IMG/VR virus record: IMGVR_UViG_3300014205_000025
Location: 860 to 64,859 of that record
Strand: one strand, 5' to 3'
Source of the DNA: a virus
Lineage: Duplodnaviria > Caudoviricetes
DNA: 64,000 nucleotides
This document shows positions 9,188 through 18,493 of the stretch, in pieces. The translations under genes and the position numbers were made by a program. Below the pieces are notes generated by a model that did not search any database, was not told the DNA's origin, and was given only the letters and a program-made list of their open reading frames with translations. How positions within the stretch are numbered: the stretch's first letter is position 1; every line of letters starts with the position of its first letter.

Positions 9188-11140
9188 TCATCCTGGCATA
9201 GATCCACCATCGGCGCCAACAGCGGAGCCACCTGGACCACCGCCGGTTGCTTTGCTGCCAGGCGCATCCCCCGCTGGGATGCCCTGCGCGGCCATCGCCT
9301 CGCGCTCTGCCTTCATCATCGCCAGCAGCTCCTCCTTGCGTCCGAGCGACGACGCCTCGACGATGAACTCGTCCGGCATGGGCATGCCCGCGGCCTTCAT
9401 CGTCATCAACTCGTTGAACTGGCCTTCCAGGAAGCTCTCCGACAGCGAGGTTTCATCGACCTTCACCGAATACTGTCCGAGCGTGACGTCGTTGACGATG
9501 CCCGCGGCCGTCCGCTGGTTGATCACCACCTGCGCGGGGGACCGACCCTTGCCGGTGACCCGGATGATGCGCTGCTCGGTATAGTACCCCTGGATCAGTT
9601 CCAGCTTCTTTGTGCCCATCATGCGCTTCGAGCGGCGGTAATTCGCCATGAAGCCTTCAAGCCCGATCACGCTCTGCTGCTGACGCGCCTTGATCGCGCG
9701 CCCCGAGTCATTCGACCGCTCGGACTGGCCCAGCAGCGCGGGGTTGATGCCGGCGACCTCCTTGATATCGCCGGTCGCCTCCTTCTCAAGCTCGGCAATC
9801 GATACCGGTGTCTGCTGCGGCGTGATCTGCTTGGGCTCGGATAGCGTCGTGCCGTTCGGGCCGAGCGTCTTGTATTTCAGCACGAACCCAGGACGCCCAC
9901 CGTTCTTCTCCAGGTTCTCCGTCTCCTCGGGTGTCAGCCCGCCTTCCGGCACCATCCACCCGCTGTTGCTCGACCGGCCGATGATGTTCTGGCGCGCCGA
10001 GCGGCGCACGTTGATCTCGCGGTTCAAATCGATCAGCGGTTCCACCATCCCCTGCGTCATGCCGCGGCGGAAATACGGGAAGTACGGCACCAGCGTCATG
10101 CTGTCATACGGCGACCACTCATCGAAAACGATGATGTCCCCGATCATGTGCGTCCAGCGCAGCCGCCGCACCGACTTGCGCTGCACCACCAGCGGCATGC
10201 GCTCCTGCTGCGCCCACATCATCACGCGCTCGATGCGCGCCGAGTCCCACGCATCCGGTATCGGCTTCTGATCGCCGGTCTCCATGTCCACAAAGAACCA
10301 CCGGTTCGTCTGCTGCCAGTGCTGCATGTCAATCAGCCGCACCGTTTTCCGGTAGGTATCCACCCAATCGTAAAGCTGATCGGTGAACACGCCCCACACG
10401 CCGCGCTCGAACTGGTCGCCGCCGAAGTTCCGCCACGGCGTGATCTCGATACCGTCGTTGTAGATCCCGCCAGGCATCGCCATCACCGACATGCCACCCA
10501 CCAGCGGCCGCACCCAATCGGCGGCCATCTTCCCATAGCAATGGTGGATCTCGTCGATCGATATCCACCGCGACGTCGAGGCATGGTTGCTGGTGTTGAT
10601 GTCGTACTTGTCCCCGTCCGGGTCCAGATACGTCGCGAACGGGTCCTGCGCCGTCACCGCCACATTGCCGAGCGCGTTCTTCGAGAAGTCGAGCCGGATG
10701 TCGTAGAAGCCCCGCCCGGTCAGCAGCCCGTCCAAGAACACTTCCGCGTCGATGAACTGCGACTCGTTCATCTCATCGATCTGCTGTGTCACCGCCGACA
10801 GCGCCGCGGCGATCTCCGCCGTCCCCGTCCCATCGTGACCTGGCAAGAACCGGTCGTGCGTCTGATTGTTCAGATGATAGCCCATCGCCAGATTGATCAA
10901 CGGCCGGATCTTGTTGATCGTCAGCGCCGGGCGCTTCTCGTCATGCAGCTTCCGCAGATCCTCGGCCGTCCACTGCCGCCCCTCATAGAAATCAACCGCC
11001 TGCGTGGCGATCTTGGCCCAATCCGACATGCCCGATTGCGACCTCAAGAACCGCGACGCCACCAACAGCACCAGGTTCATGTCCTGCCGAGGCAACGGAC
11101 GGTCCGACAGATCGTAAATCCCGGATGTGGTCATCGACAT
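9188..11140 (-). CDS. Portal protein, P22-like
   Basis: 650 aa. FYEG.QW....RPALTINKIRP.IN, F.DGL.TGRG, PYFPYF, N..RS, EGFM.N.RR motifs. Follows TerL. Confidence 0.93.
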   Translation of the reverse strand: MSMTTSGIYDLSDRPLPRQDMNLVLLVASRFLRSQSGMSDWAKIATQAVDFYEGRQWTAEDLRKLHDEKRPALTINKIRPLINLAMGYHLNNQTHDRFLPGHDGTGTAEIAAALSAVTQQIDEMNESQFIDAEVFLDGLLTGRGFYDIRLDFSKNALGNVAVTAQDPFATYLDPDGDKYDINTSNHASTSRWISIDEIHHCYGKMAADWVRPLVGGMSVMAMPGGIYNDGIEITPWRNFGGDQFERGVWGVFTDQLYDWVDTYRKTVRLIDMQHWQQTNRWFFVDMETGDQKPIPDAWDSARIERVMMWAQQERMPLVVQRKSVRRLRWTHMIGDIIVFDEWSPYDSMTLVPYFPYFRRGMTQGMVEPLIDLNREINVRRSARQNIIGRSSNSGWMVPEGGLTPEETENLEKNGGRPGFVLKYKTLGPNGTTLSEPKQITPQQTPVSIAELEKEATGDIKEVAGINPALLGQSERSNDSGRAIKARQQQSVIGLEGFMANYRRSKRMMGTKKLELIQGYYTEQRIIRVTGKGRSPAQVVINQRTAAGIVNDVTLGQYSVKVDETSLSESFLEGQFNELMTMKAAGMPMPDEFIVEASSLGRKEELLAMMKAEREAMAAQGIPAGDAPGSKATGGGPGGSAVGADGGSMPG

Positions 11141-11141
11141 A

Positions 11142-12737
11142 TCAGTTGCTCATCCATGTCTCGGAAAACGCGCCCGCATGCTGGAACCGGCTGCGCTCTT
11201 TCGCAACCCGGGCCGCAGCCTCCTCCCGCCGGCGGTTCGGCGCCACCGGCATATAGAACGTCATCGACAAGCAATCACCCGAGTCCGGCGACGGCAGACC
11301 TCGCGCACGCATGTCGTCCTTGCTCTCCAGCTTGATCTTCTCGCCCCGCAACGTATAGCCGTACTCCGGCGCAATCAGATCATCATGAAGCTCGGTGTCG
11401 TCCTCGATCGACCCGCCATCGACCAGCCAGTCCTTCATCGAGCACCACATCTCAGACCGCCGGTTGTCGAACTTCTTGTCATCGAGCGCCGTCCGCCCAC
11501 CGTTCACCGCGATCGGCTCATATCCAACATCGACCAGCGTGTCATAGCAGCTCGACCCCTCGCCCACCGCATCGACGAACACAGCATCCGGCTTCAACAC
11601 CTTCCACCACTCGATCACCCGATACGCCAACTGTGGCCCGTTCAGCCCCCGGAACTTCGCCAATATCACGAACGTCCGACCCACCCGGATCCCCAGCACG
11701 CTCTGATCCCCGCCAAACCGCGACACGTCCAGGCTCAAGATCCGCGGCGCATACAAGTCCTCATCAAACTTGACCTGGGCGAACGCAGCCGGCCCCTCCG
11801 TCACCGCCTTCTTGAACAGATCAGCACCATACCGACGACGGAACTCCCGCTCCGCAGTCTCAACCAGGTCCTCCCCGATCAACTGCAGCGTCGCCTGCTG
11901 TGGAAACTGCCCCCGAACACGCACCCGGACGAAATCCGAGTCCTCCCCGTAATCCTCGATCCAGGCCTGCATCTGGGCCTTGTTCTTCGCCACCTTCGCC
12001 GTCCGGCTGTCCACATGCCTGGTGTTCCACCGGTGCCGATACCGCCGAAAGCACTCCCGGAACCGGCCCGTGTGACGAGTAGGATTCCCAAACACCAACC
12101 AATACGAACCCTTCGTGGTCAGAACGCCCTCCGAAGCCTCCCAGATCGCGTCCTCGATCTTCGACGCCTCATCGAAAATCATCAGCATGTGCGGCGAATG
12201 CTTCCCCTGGAACCCCTCCGGCCGCTCCTTCGACCAAGGCACCGCACTCGCACGCCACTTCTCCGGACTCCCCTTCATCGAGAACGTCGTCGCCGTCCAA
12301 GTGAACCAGTCCGTGTTCAGCGCCCAACCATGCCAAATGCTCAACTCGCGCCACGTCGTCGAACTCAACTGGTCCGCCGTGTTCGCCGTCACCGTCACCA
12401 CCGGAAATCGATGCACCGACATGAACCAAATGATGATCCACGCAATCAACGTCGTCTTGCCAACACCATGCCCGCTCGCCGTCGCCATCAACACACTGCC
12501 CAAGGCCTCATCCACGCCCCGAGCCCTGATCTCCCTCCCCAGGTCCATTAAAAAATCCCGCTGCCAAACGTCCGGACCATCCTCCCCCTCCAGCGGCCCC
12601 CCCTCCTCACCCCAAGGGAAAATGAACATCACAAAACCCAGAGGATCATCCCGATACCTCATCACCGCCTCAAGCAACGCGTCCGTCACACTCGCCGTGC
12701 TCGGACCCGTCGCACCCGTTACCCGCACCCGACCCAT
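11142..12737 (-). CDS. terL: Terminase large subunit
   Basis: Walker A SGHGVGKT, Walker B MIFDEAS, GNPT coupling motif, nuclease LDVSRFGGD and PDSGD motifs. Confidence 0.95.
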   Translation of the reverse strand: MGRVRVTGATGPSTASVTDALLEAVMRYRDDPLGFVMFIFPWGEEGGPLEGEDGPDVWQRDFLMDLGREIRARGVDEALGSVLMATASGHGVGKTTLIAWIIIWFMSVHRFPVVTVTANTADQLSSTTWRELSIWHGWALNTDWFTWTATTFSMKGSPEKWRASAVPWSKERPEGFQGKHSPHMLMIFDEASKIEDAIWEASEGVLTTKGSYWLVFGNPTRHTGRFRECFRRYRHRWNTRHVDSRTAKVAKNKAQMQAWIEDYGEDSDFVRVRVRGQFPQQATLQLIGEDLVETAEREFRRRYGADLFKKAVTEGPAAFAQVKFDEDLYAPRILSLDVSRFGGDQSVLGIRVGRTFVILAKFRGLNGPQLAYRVIEWWKVLKPDAVFVDAVGEGSSCYDTLVDVGYEPIAVNGGRTALDDKKFDNRRSEMWCSMKDWLVDGGSIEDDTELHDDLIAPEYGYTLRGEKIKLESKDDMRARGLPSPDSGDCLSMTFYMPVAPNRRREEAAARVAKERSRFQHAGAFSETWMSN

Positions 12738-13020
12738 CGATCCACCAGCCCCCTCAACCCGTCCTCACCATTAGATGACCCAACAATCTGCAAATCAGAC
12801 AAGAATTTTTGTGGGGGTATGTTCAGAGCCAGGGGTAGGGGGGGTGTCGAAGGTGCCGGGGGGGGTGGTGCCCGCCTGCGCGTCGCCCCGCGCGTTCCGT
12901 CCCATCGCACCGCCTCGCCTGCCCATCGCCTGTGCTGGATCGGTGCGCCTGGTGCTCGCCTGGCTCCCCTCGCCCCTGCCTGCCCCCTCGCATGGGGTGC
13001 GCTCGCCTCTGCCCCCCTGC

Positions 13021-14103
13021 CTACCGTGGCCACGATGGATCGGACGGCGCCGGCTCCTGTCCGTCGTCGGTGGTCGAGCGGCGGCGGACCGGTCGCATCC
13101 GCCTCGGTCGGTCGTCCTCGGGCTGGATCGGCGGCGAGGACGGGCGAGGCGGCGGCGCGTCGTCATCTAATAGGGTCCGTCGGTCCCTATTTACGCTGGC
13201 CATCGCCGCGCCATGCTCGGCCAGGAACCGCCGTCGGAGTGCAGCCGGGTCGTCCTGCCCATCATCACCGGGTTTCGACGACACAAAATGAGCATCCTGC
13301 GAACCGTGACCAGATGTTGGCGTTGTAATAGGTGACTGACGGTTACCTATTCGGGGGAGGGAAGGTGTCTCATCCTCCCCATCGACCACCGCGTCGAGCG
13401 TCAGCCCGTCCTCGAACCGGTCAACGCCGCCCAGCCCCGACCGTCCCGCCAGGATGCGCCCTGACGCCTCAGCACGGGCGATGGCAGCCGACACCCGATC
13501 CTGGATGGTCTTGCCCATGTCCGCCGCATCCTCGGCCGTCATGCCACCCGCAGCCCCTCGGGAACCGGACGGGTGCGACCAGGGCGCGTCAACCAGTCGC
13601 CAGAATGCGGCACGATCGGCCGTCCCGAACGAACCGGGCGACAGGCCACCCTTCACCTGCGCCACCACCATCCCGGCCAGGGTCTCGTCGGGGATCAGCG
13701 CCGCGATGTCCTGGCGCCTCGAGTACCGACGGATCGCTGCGGCCAGGGCTGACACGCCGCCAGGGGCGAGCAAGCGCGCCTCGAACCGAGCCATGCCGCG
13801 TCGCATGAGCTTGGTTCCCTTGTCGTCCTGATCCTCGGCGGGTGGTGACGAGGCCGCAACGCTAACATCGTTGTCCTTCAACGGCTTACGGGCCGTGGAA
13901 ACCGCGGACTTGCCTCGCTGGAGTTCGGTTGTCGTTGTTTTCGGTGTTGCTGCGTGTTTGTGGTTGGGTTCGGTACTGGGATCGGTGTCGCGTGGCTGCG
14001 TGGGTGTGTGGATGGGGGCTTGGGGGATTGGTTGCTTCTTGGTTCGTGCGGCTGCCTTGGCGCGTCGGATGTTGGCCAGGGTTTTGTGATCTGGCTCTGG
14101 CAT
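13021..14103 (-). CDS. Hypothetical largely disordered protein; terminase small subunit candidate by position
   Basis: Start re-called at MPEPDH (14103). Central folded-looking segment flanked by P/T/R/D-rich tails. No TerS motif recognised. Confidence 0.45.
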   Translation of the reverse strand: MPEPDHKTLANIRRAKAAARTKKQPIPQAPIHTPTQPRDTDPSTEPNHKHAATPKTTTTELQRGKSAVSTARKPLKDNDVSVAASSPPAEDQDDKGTKLMRRGMARFEARLLAPGGVSALAAAIRRYSRRQDIAALIPDETLAGMVVAQVKGGLSPGSFGTADRAAFWRLVDAPWSHPSGSRGAAGGMTAEDAADMGKTIQDRVSAAIARAEASGRILAGRSGLGGVDRFEDGLTLDAVVDGEDETPSLPRIGNRQSPITTPTSGHGSQDAHFVSSKPGDDGQDDPAALRRRFLAEHGAAMASVNRDRRTLLDDDAPPPRPSSPPIQPEDDRPRRMRPVRRRSTTDDGQEPAPSDPSWPR

Positions 14104-14408
14104 GGGTTGATCCTGATGGTGTGTGGTTGGTGACGGGTGTTGGGATGACGTGCGTTGACGCGTCGCGCGCTCGCCCGTGCGTATCCTGTGTAGGGGATAG
14201 ACTGTCGTCTGATGATAGACCGATGACCGGCCCCCCGCCCCTGCCCCTCCCCCCATGTTGAGGGGTTCTGTGGATGGTGTGTCAAGGGGGGTGTGAATTG
14301 GGCATTGACGGCCGTGTGCATAATATGGTCACCTTCACTCGGATGCACATTTTGTGTCGGGGATCACCCTTGATCGAGCATCCAAGGTTGGAAGGACCTT
14401 TGAAGACC

Positions 14409-14627
14409 ATGAACACCACAACATCCAAGCCCCGGCCGCTGCTGATCCGTCACCTGAAGCGGGGCGATCACGTCATGGGCATCGGGACGGTCGGGCGCAT
14501 CGAGAACATCTTTGACGATCGGTTCCATGTGGTCTGGATTGACCACGCGCGCCGCCGGGTCGTGGGTCGGCACCATGACGGTCATGTGCGAGTGACCGAC
14601 CTGCCTGCCACCATGGGCGAGGGGTGA
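14409..14627 (+). CDS. Early hypothetical protein (72 aa)
   Basis: ATG with upstream GGAAGG; first gene of the plus-strand block. Confidence 0.6.
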   Translation: MNTTTSKPRPLLIRHLKRGDHVMGIGTVGRIENIFDDRFHVVWIDHARRRVVGRHHDGHVRVTDLPATMGEG

Positions 14628-14632
14628 GGACC

Positions 14633-14866
14633 ATGCGACCGCACCACACGAATGAGGCCGGCGCGCTTGTCCCGAACATGGCCGCGCGCCTGCATGTGCA
14701 GCGCCACTGGCACAACAGGGGCTGGCAGTTGATTTGGGCTGTCCCTGGCGAGACTTGCTATGTCGGCGCGTATGGGTCGTGTTCCGAACCGTTCCTGCGG
14801 ACCCGGCGCGAGGCCATCGCGCATGGCGAGCGGCACTTTGGCGAACGGGCGACGCCTTACCGCTGA
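14633..14866 (+). CDS. Early hypothetical protein
   Basis: GAGGA RBS overlapping the previous stop; protein-like sequence. Confidence 0.65.
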   Translation: MRPHHTNEAGALVPNMAARLHVQRHWHNRGWQLIWAVPGETCYVGAYGSCSEPFLRTRREAIAHGERHFGERATPYR

Positions 14867-14950
14867 CACGGACGGTGCGGGAGGGCAGTGCTTCCTCCCG
14901 CTTCGCCTGTGCCGAGCATGGCCAGGACTGCATCTGGAAGGGATGACACC

Positions 14951-15154
14951 ATGACCACCGACACCACGCTGATACCCGTGACGATCGAGGTTGACGCGAC
15001 GGACGACATGCCTGCGAACGGGATCGGACTGCTGTGCAGCTACGTGCCCGAGGCGAGCCTGCGGCAGATCATGAAACACGCGACGAACATCCGGCGCATC
15101 CGGTATCTGTCCGAGGGCGTGATCGTGACGATTGAGCGGCCCGCAGAGGGCTGA
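14951..15154 (+). CDS. Early hypothetical protein (67 aa)
   Basis: GAAGGGA RBS then ATG ACC ACC. Confidence 0.6.
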   Translation: MTTDTTLIPVTIEVDATDDMPANGIGLLCSYVPEASLRQIMKHATNIRRIRYLSEGVIVTIERPAEG

Positions 15155-15160
15155 GTGACA

Positions 15161-15195
15161 CGGGCGGGGTTCTTGGGAGCCTCGCCCTTTCTCGT
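15161..15195 (+). terminator. Rho-independent terminator-like hairpin
   Basis: GGGCGGGGTT...AGCCTCGCCC stem with G-U pairs, followed by TTTCTCGTTT. Confidence 0.5.
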
Positions 15196-15211
15196 TTGAA
15201 GGGGAACGACG

Positions 15212-15442
15212 ATGAAGACGGTCGAACAGGCCAAGGCCGAAAGGAAGGCGGTCATGCAAGAGATCAGGCGGGCCTTCGCGCCCCTCTGTGCGTGGTACTA
15301 CCCGCCCGGACGCGCGGCACACAACATCGAATGGAAGCAGGCTCCAGCCACCAACTTGCGGGCGATCGCCAACATCATGTCCCGTCGCTGGTTGGAGGCA
15401 GAGGCGAACCTCAACACCGCACTCGACCAGCAGGCGCAATAG
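15212..15442 (+). CDS. Early hypothetical protein
   Basis: GAAGGGG RBS; helical, charged sequence. Confidence 0.65.
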   Translation: MKTVEQAKAERKAVMQEIRRAFAPLCAWYYPPGRAAHNIEWKQAPATNLRAIANIMSRRWLEAEANLNTALDQQAQ

Positions 15443-15452
15443 GAGAACGACG

Positions 15453-15956
15453 ATGACGAACGACAACACGACGATCCATCCGGACGCGATCGGGCCGACG
15501 ATCAAGGCGGGCGATCTGCTGTTTGGCGACCGCTGGCTGGTCACGTCACCAACATTGAGCCGCACCACCGAGACCAAGCTGGTGGAGTTCCTGGAGTTCC
15601 AGCCGGTGACGGGGGGGACATTTCTGCTGGCAACTGTGCTGGACCCGAGCGCGGGCGAGACGCACGACATCGTGCTGCTCGACACCGACCGCATCGGGCC
15701 TGTCAGCCGGGCGGCGACACGCCCTGATGATCGGCTGCCTCGCTCGTGCGTGGTGCAGCATCCGACACAGGAGTCGAAGATGGTGATCGTGACGCGCGGG
15801 GCGCATGGCTACCGGGAGTGGGGCGCAAGCCTGCGGGCGGCGGTACTGCACAACACCGCGCACGGGGCGACGCCTGCGATCCACGCGGCGATGCTGGCTG
15901 GTGCGACGCTTGGGTGGGATCACCCGACCGCTCGCCTGCCGGGAGGCGCGTCATGA
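15453..15956 (+). CDS. Early hypothetical protein (167 aa)
   Basis: AGGAG RBS; start re-called at MTNDN. Confidence 0.65.
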   Translation: MTNDNTTIHPDAIGPTIKAGDLLFGDRWLVTSPTLSRTTETKLVEFLEFQPVTGGTFLLATVLDPSAGETHDIVLLDTDRIGPVSRAATRPDDRLPRSCVVQHPTQESKMVIVTRGAHGYREWGASLRAAVLHNTAHGATPAIHAAMLAGATLGWDHPTARLPGGAS

Positions 15957-16294
15957 CGACATACCGCTACCGGTGTGAGGCCATGCGCCCGATCACCGAT
16001 GCTCCTGGCTACAGCGAAAGCGCATGTTGGCGGTTCGCCCGGCGACAGGCGCGGCAGCGGTTCGGGAAGGCCGGCCGGGTAGTGTCCATCGCGGCAGCCC
16101 ATTGGACCAAGGACGGCAGTTCCACCACCTACAACGTGTCGATTGGTCGGGCTGGCAAGCCGGGACAGCCGGCCAGCGACTGCAAGACGATCCGGTTGAC
16201 GGTCACACGCGAACCCGTCGCCACACCGGTCTACGATCCGGGGCCGTCCGAACGGTTGTGGCAGGCCAGGATGGCAGGGGACATGAGCGCCTGA
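15953..16294 (+). CDS. Early hypothetical protein (113 aa)
   Basis: ATGA overlap with the previous gene; GGAGG RBS. Confidence 0.65.
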   Translation: MTTYRYRCEAMRPITDAPGYSESACWRFARRQARQRFGKAGRVVSIAAAHWTKDGSSTTYNVSIGRAGKPGQPASDCKTIRLTVTREPVATPVYDPGPSERLWQARMAGDMSA

Positions 16295-16386
16295 CGCGTT
16301 CTGACGTTTCCGGCCGGGTCGCATGGCCCGGCCGGTTCCGCCAGGACACGAGTAGCCTGGGGCTCTGATCTGGAAAGGATCAACGC

Positions 16387-16719
16387 ATGAAGAAGCCACC
16401 TGATCGCAAAATCGGGACATTCGACCGCACGATTAACCCGTGGGCCGGCCTGGGAATATTCGCCGTGCAGGGCGAGTGGGTGGAGCGCGGCATCCGCCTG
16501 GGCGAGCGCGGCATGATCATGGTCATCCCCCGTAATGGCGTGCCGCACGATGCTCAAGCTCCGCTTGCCGAAATCTTTGGGACGATGCTGCGGCTGGTCG
16601 ATGGAGTTCTCAACGTCGGGGACCACGGTGGGCTGAACGGCCTGCTGCTGACCGATGCCAGCCTCATGCGCCTCGCGCGCCTGGGAGCACCGCCGTCCTC
16701 GGAAGGATCAACGCCATGA
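16387..16719 (+). CDS. Early hypothetical protein
   Basis: AAAGGA RBS; 110 aa. Confidence 0.6.
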   Translation: MKKPPDRKIGTFDRTINPWAGLGIFAVQGEWVERGIRLGERGMIMVIPRNGVPHDAQAPLAEIFGTMLRLVDGVLNVGDHGGLNGLLLTDASLMRLARLGAPPSSEGSTP

Positions 16720-16904
16720 CCGAGCCCAATCGCTGCCTCTATACCGACGAGTATTGCGATGGCTGGCACGCGCATCAGCGCGGCGAGCCGGCGGAGGGGA
16801 ACCCCTACGAAAGCGCGACCGGCGCCTTCTACCACAAGCGGTACAACTGGCGGGCCGGCTGGTTCGACGCCCAGCTTGAGACCGCGAAGGACCAGCAGGC
16901 ATGA
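16716..16904 (+). CDS. Ribosome modulation factor (RMF)-like small protein
   Basis: DGW.A...G.....NPY...W.AGW pattern parallels E. coli RMF (RGYQAG..G.....CPY...W.GGW). ATGA overlap. Confidence 0.6.
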   Translation: MTEPNRCLYTDEYCDGWHAHQRGEPAEGNPYESATGAFYHKRYNWRAGWFDAQLETAKDQQA

Positions 16905-17212
16905 GCAACGCAGCGGCTATCTCCACCATGATGATGGCGAGCGTTGACCACCTGACACCCGAGGAGCGGGAGAGGCTGACGTCACGCACCATGATCGGCT
17001 GTCTCGTGCAGGACGGTGCCTCTGCCCTGGCACTGATCCACAACACCGGCCGGCTCCTCCAGCACACGCCCGAACCCGGCTACAGCCCGAACCGCTGGTT
17101 GGTTGAGCAGTACGCCCGGCGCGAGGGCTGCACCTGGGTTTTGTGGGAGCCCGAGGGCTATGTGCTGGACGGGTTCTCGACGCCAAGCGCACCGAAGGGA
17201 GACGCGCCATGA
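16901..17212 (+). CDS. Hypothetical protein (possibly DUF5983-like)
   Basis: S.DHLT...YARREGC.WV.WEPEG..LDGF resembles that family; coupled start. Confidence 0.55.
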   Translation: MSNAAAISTMMMASVDHLTPEERERLTSRTMIGCLVQDGASALALIHNTGRLLQHTPEPGYSPNRWLVEQYARREGCTWVLWEPEGYVLDGFSTPSAPKGDAP

Positions 17213-17622
17213 ACCGCTATCGCGTGACGCTGACCGCAATCACATCAAAGAGCTTTACCCGGGATTTGGAGGCTGTGGACCAGTACGCAGCGGCCAGCGC
17301 GGCGCAAATGATGGCGGACCGAGAATATCCCGACGCGGACGAAATCCGGTTCGATAAAGTGGAGCTGCTGGAGGCTGCGCCCGAACCCACGCCAGACCCG
17401 CTTGCCCAGGCCCGGGACATCATCGCGGGGCTGCTGGATGCGGCTGACCATGGCGTGACGGAACTGGAGAGCCTCGCCGTTGACGCACTGGATGATGAGG
17501 GGATTGTGGAGACCCGCACCTTGCGCGACGAGTACGAACAGCGATCGCAGGACGCATGGAAGGCCATCGAAGCCGCCCGCGCCTTCCTGGCCAGCCAGGA
17601 GGACCCGACATGCCAGGGATAA
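17209..17622 (+). CDS. Hypothetical protein, N-terminal domain paralogous to 18494..19051
   Basis: ATGA overlap; acidic helical C-terminal half. Confidence 0.65.
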   Translation: MNRYRVTLTAITSKSFTRDLEAVDQYAAASAAQMMADREYPDADEIRFDKVELLEAAPEPTPDPLAQARDIIAGLLDAADHGVTELESLAVDALDDEGIVETRTLRDEYEQRSQDAWKAIEAARAFLASQEDPTCQG

Positions 17623-17978
17623 GAAGGGACACGCCCCGGCATCGCCTGGACATGACGGGATCAGAGGCCAAGGTGGTGCGGCGCCTGCTGATGGCCGCCA
17701 AGTGGCCCGATACCGTCGACGCCGACAGGCGCACGATCGCGATCGCCGCCCGCCTGCTGCGGAGCTTCCAGCCGATAGTGCCGCAGGGTCACAAGCTCGC
17801 CAGGGTCTGGATCGTCGAGTCCGAACACAAGGAGGTTCCGGGCCGGCAGGTGTCCGTGTTCGAGGCCCAGGCCGACGCCGAGCGGCACCAGGGGCGGATG
17901 CAGGATCGCTACCCTGGCGCGCTCGAGTACTGCGAATGCGACGAACATCCGGTGGAGCCGACGACATGCCCCGAGTGA
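17610..17978 (+). CDS. Hypothetical protein
   Basis: GGAGGA RBS; N-terminus paralogous to 17966..18154. Confidence 0.6.
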   Translation: MPGIRRDTPRHRLDMTGSEAKVVRRLLMAAKWPDTVDADRRTIAIAARLLRSFQPIVPQGHKLARVWIVESEHKEVPGRQVSVFEAQADAERHQGRMQDRYPGALEYCECDEHPVEPTTCPE

Positions 17979-18154
17979 CCAAGACCCCCGCCCGCTATCG
18001 CGTCGACCTGACGGAGCGGGAGGCTGAACTGGTCCGCCGTGTTCTGGATCAGACGGTTTCCACATCCGAGTTGAGCAACCGCACGATCGGGGTGCTGGAG
18101 CGGGTCCTTCGCCGCATCCAGTTCCCGAACCTGCCAGTGAAGAAGGAGGGCTGA
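17966..18154 (+). CDS. Small hypothetical protein (62 aa)
   Basis: GGAG RBS; C-terminal part of the over-extended track ORF 17480..18154. Confidence 0.6.
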   Translation: MPRVTKTPARYRVDLTEREAELVRRVLDQTVSTSELSNRTIGVLERVLRRIQFPNLPVKKEG

Positions 18155-18157
18155 ACC

Positions 18158-18412
18158 ATGCCGATCGAGAACCCCGTTCCCGCGACCAAGGCCGCGTTCC
18201 TGGCCGAGTACGAGAAGCGGATCGCGCTGAACCAGGAGTGGGCACGGGACGCCGGCCGCCTGGAGAGGGCAATGGAGAAGGTCCGCGCCACCATCACCAC
18301 CGATCGGGCGCCATGGATGGCCAGCGGTCCGACATTGATCGAGGTGTGGAAGCGCATGGGCTTCAAGGGCCGGCCGACGCTCAAGGCGTTGCGCGCGCTG
18401 CCGGACGCTTGA
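18158..18412 (+). CDS. Hypothetical protein
   Basis: AAGGAGG RBS; 84 aa. Confidence 0.7.
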   Translation: MPIENPVPATKAAFLAEYEKRIALNQEWARDAGRLERAMEKVRATITTDRAPWMASGPTLIEVWKRMGFKGRPTLKALRALPDA

Positions 18413-18493
18413 GCTTGTCGTGACGGCGCGGGGGGAACGCCATCCCCCCGCCTCGCCTGGACACGCCAGGGGACACACACAGAGGCAACCGCC

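Noticed and set aside
12719-13166. ORFs 12719..13033, 12795..13166 and 12819..13328 as TerS
   Set aside because: Low-complexity products driven by local G/C runs; no RBS or fold signal.
14293-14330. TTGACG and CATAAT upstream of the early block as a sigma70 promoter
   Set aside because: Only 8 nt separate the hexamers; a promoter is likely nearby but cannot be placed.
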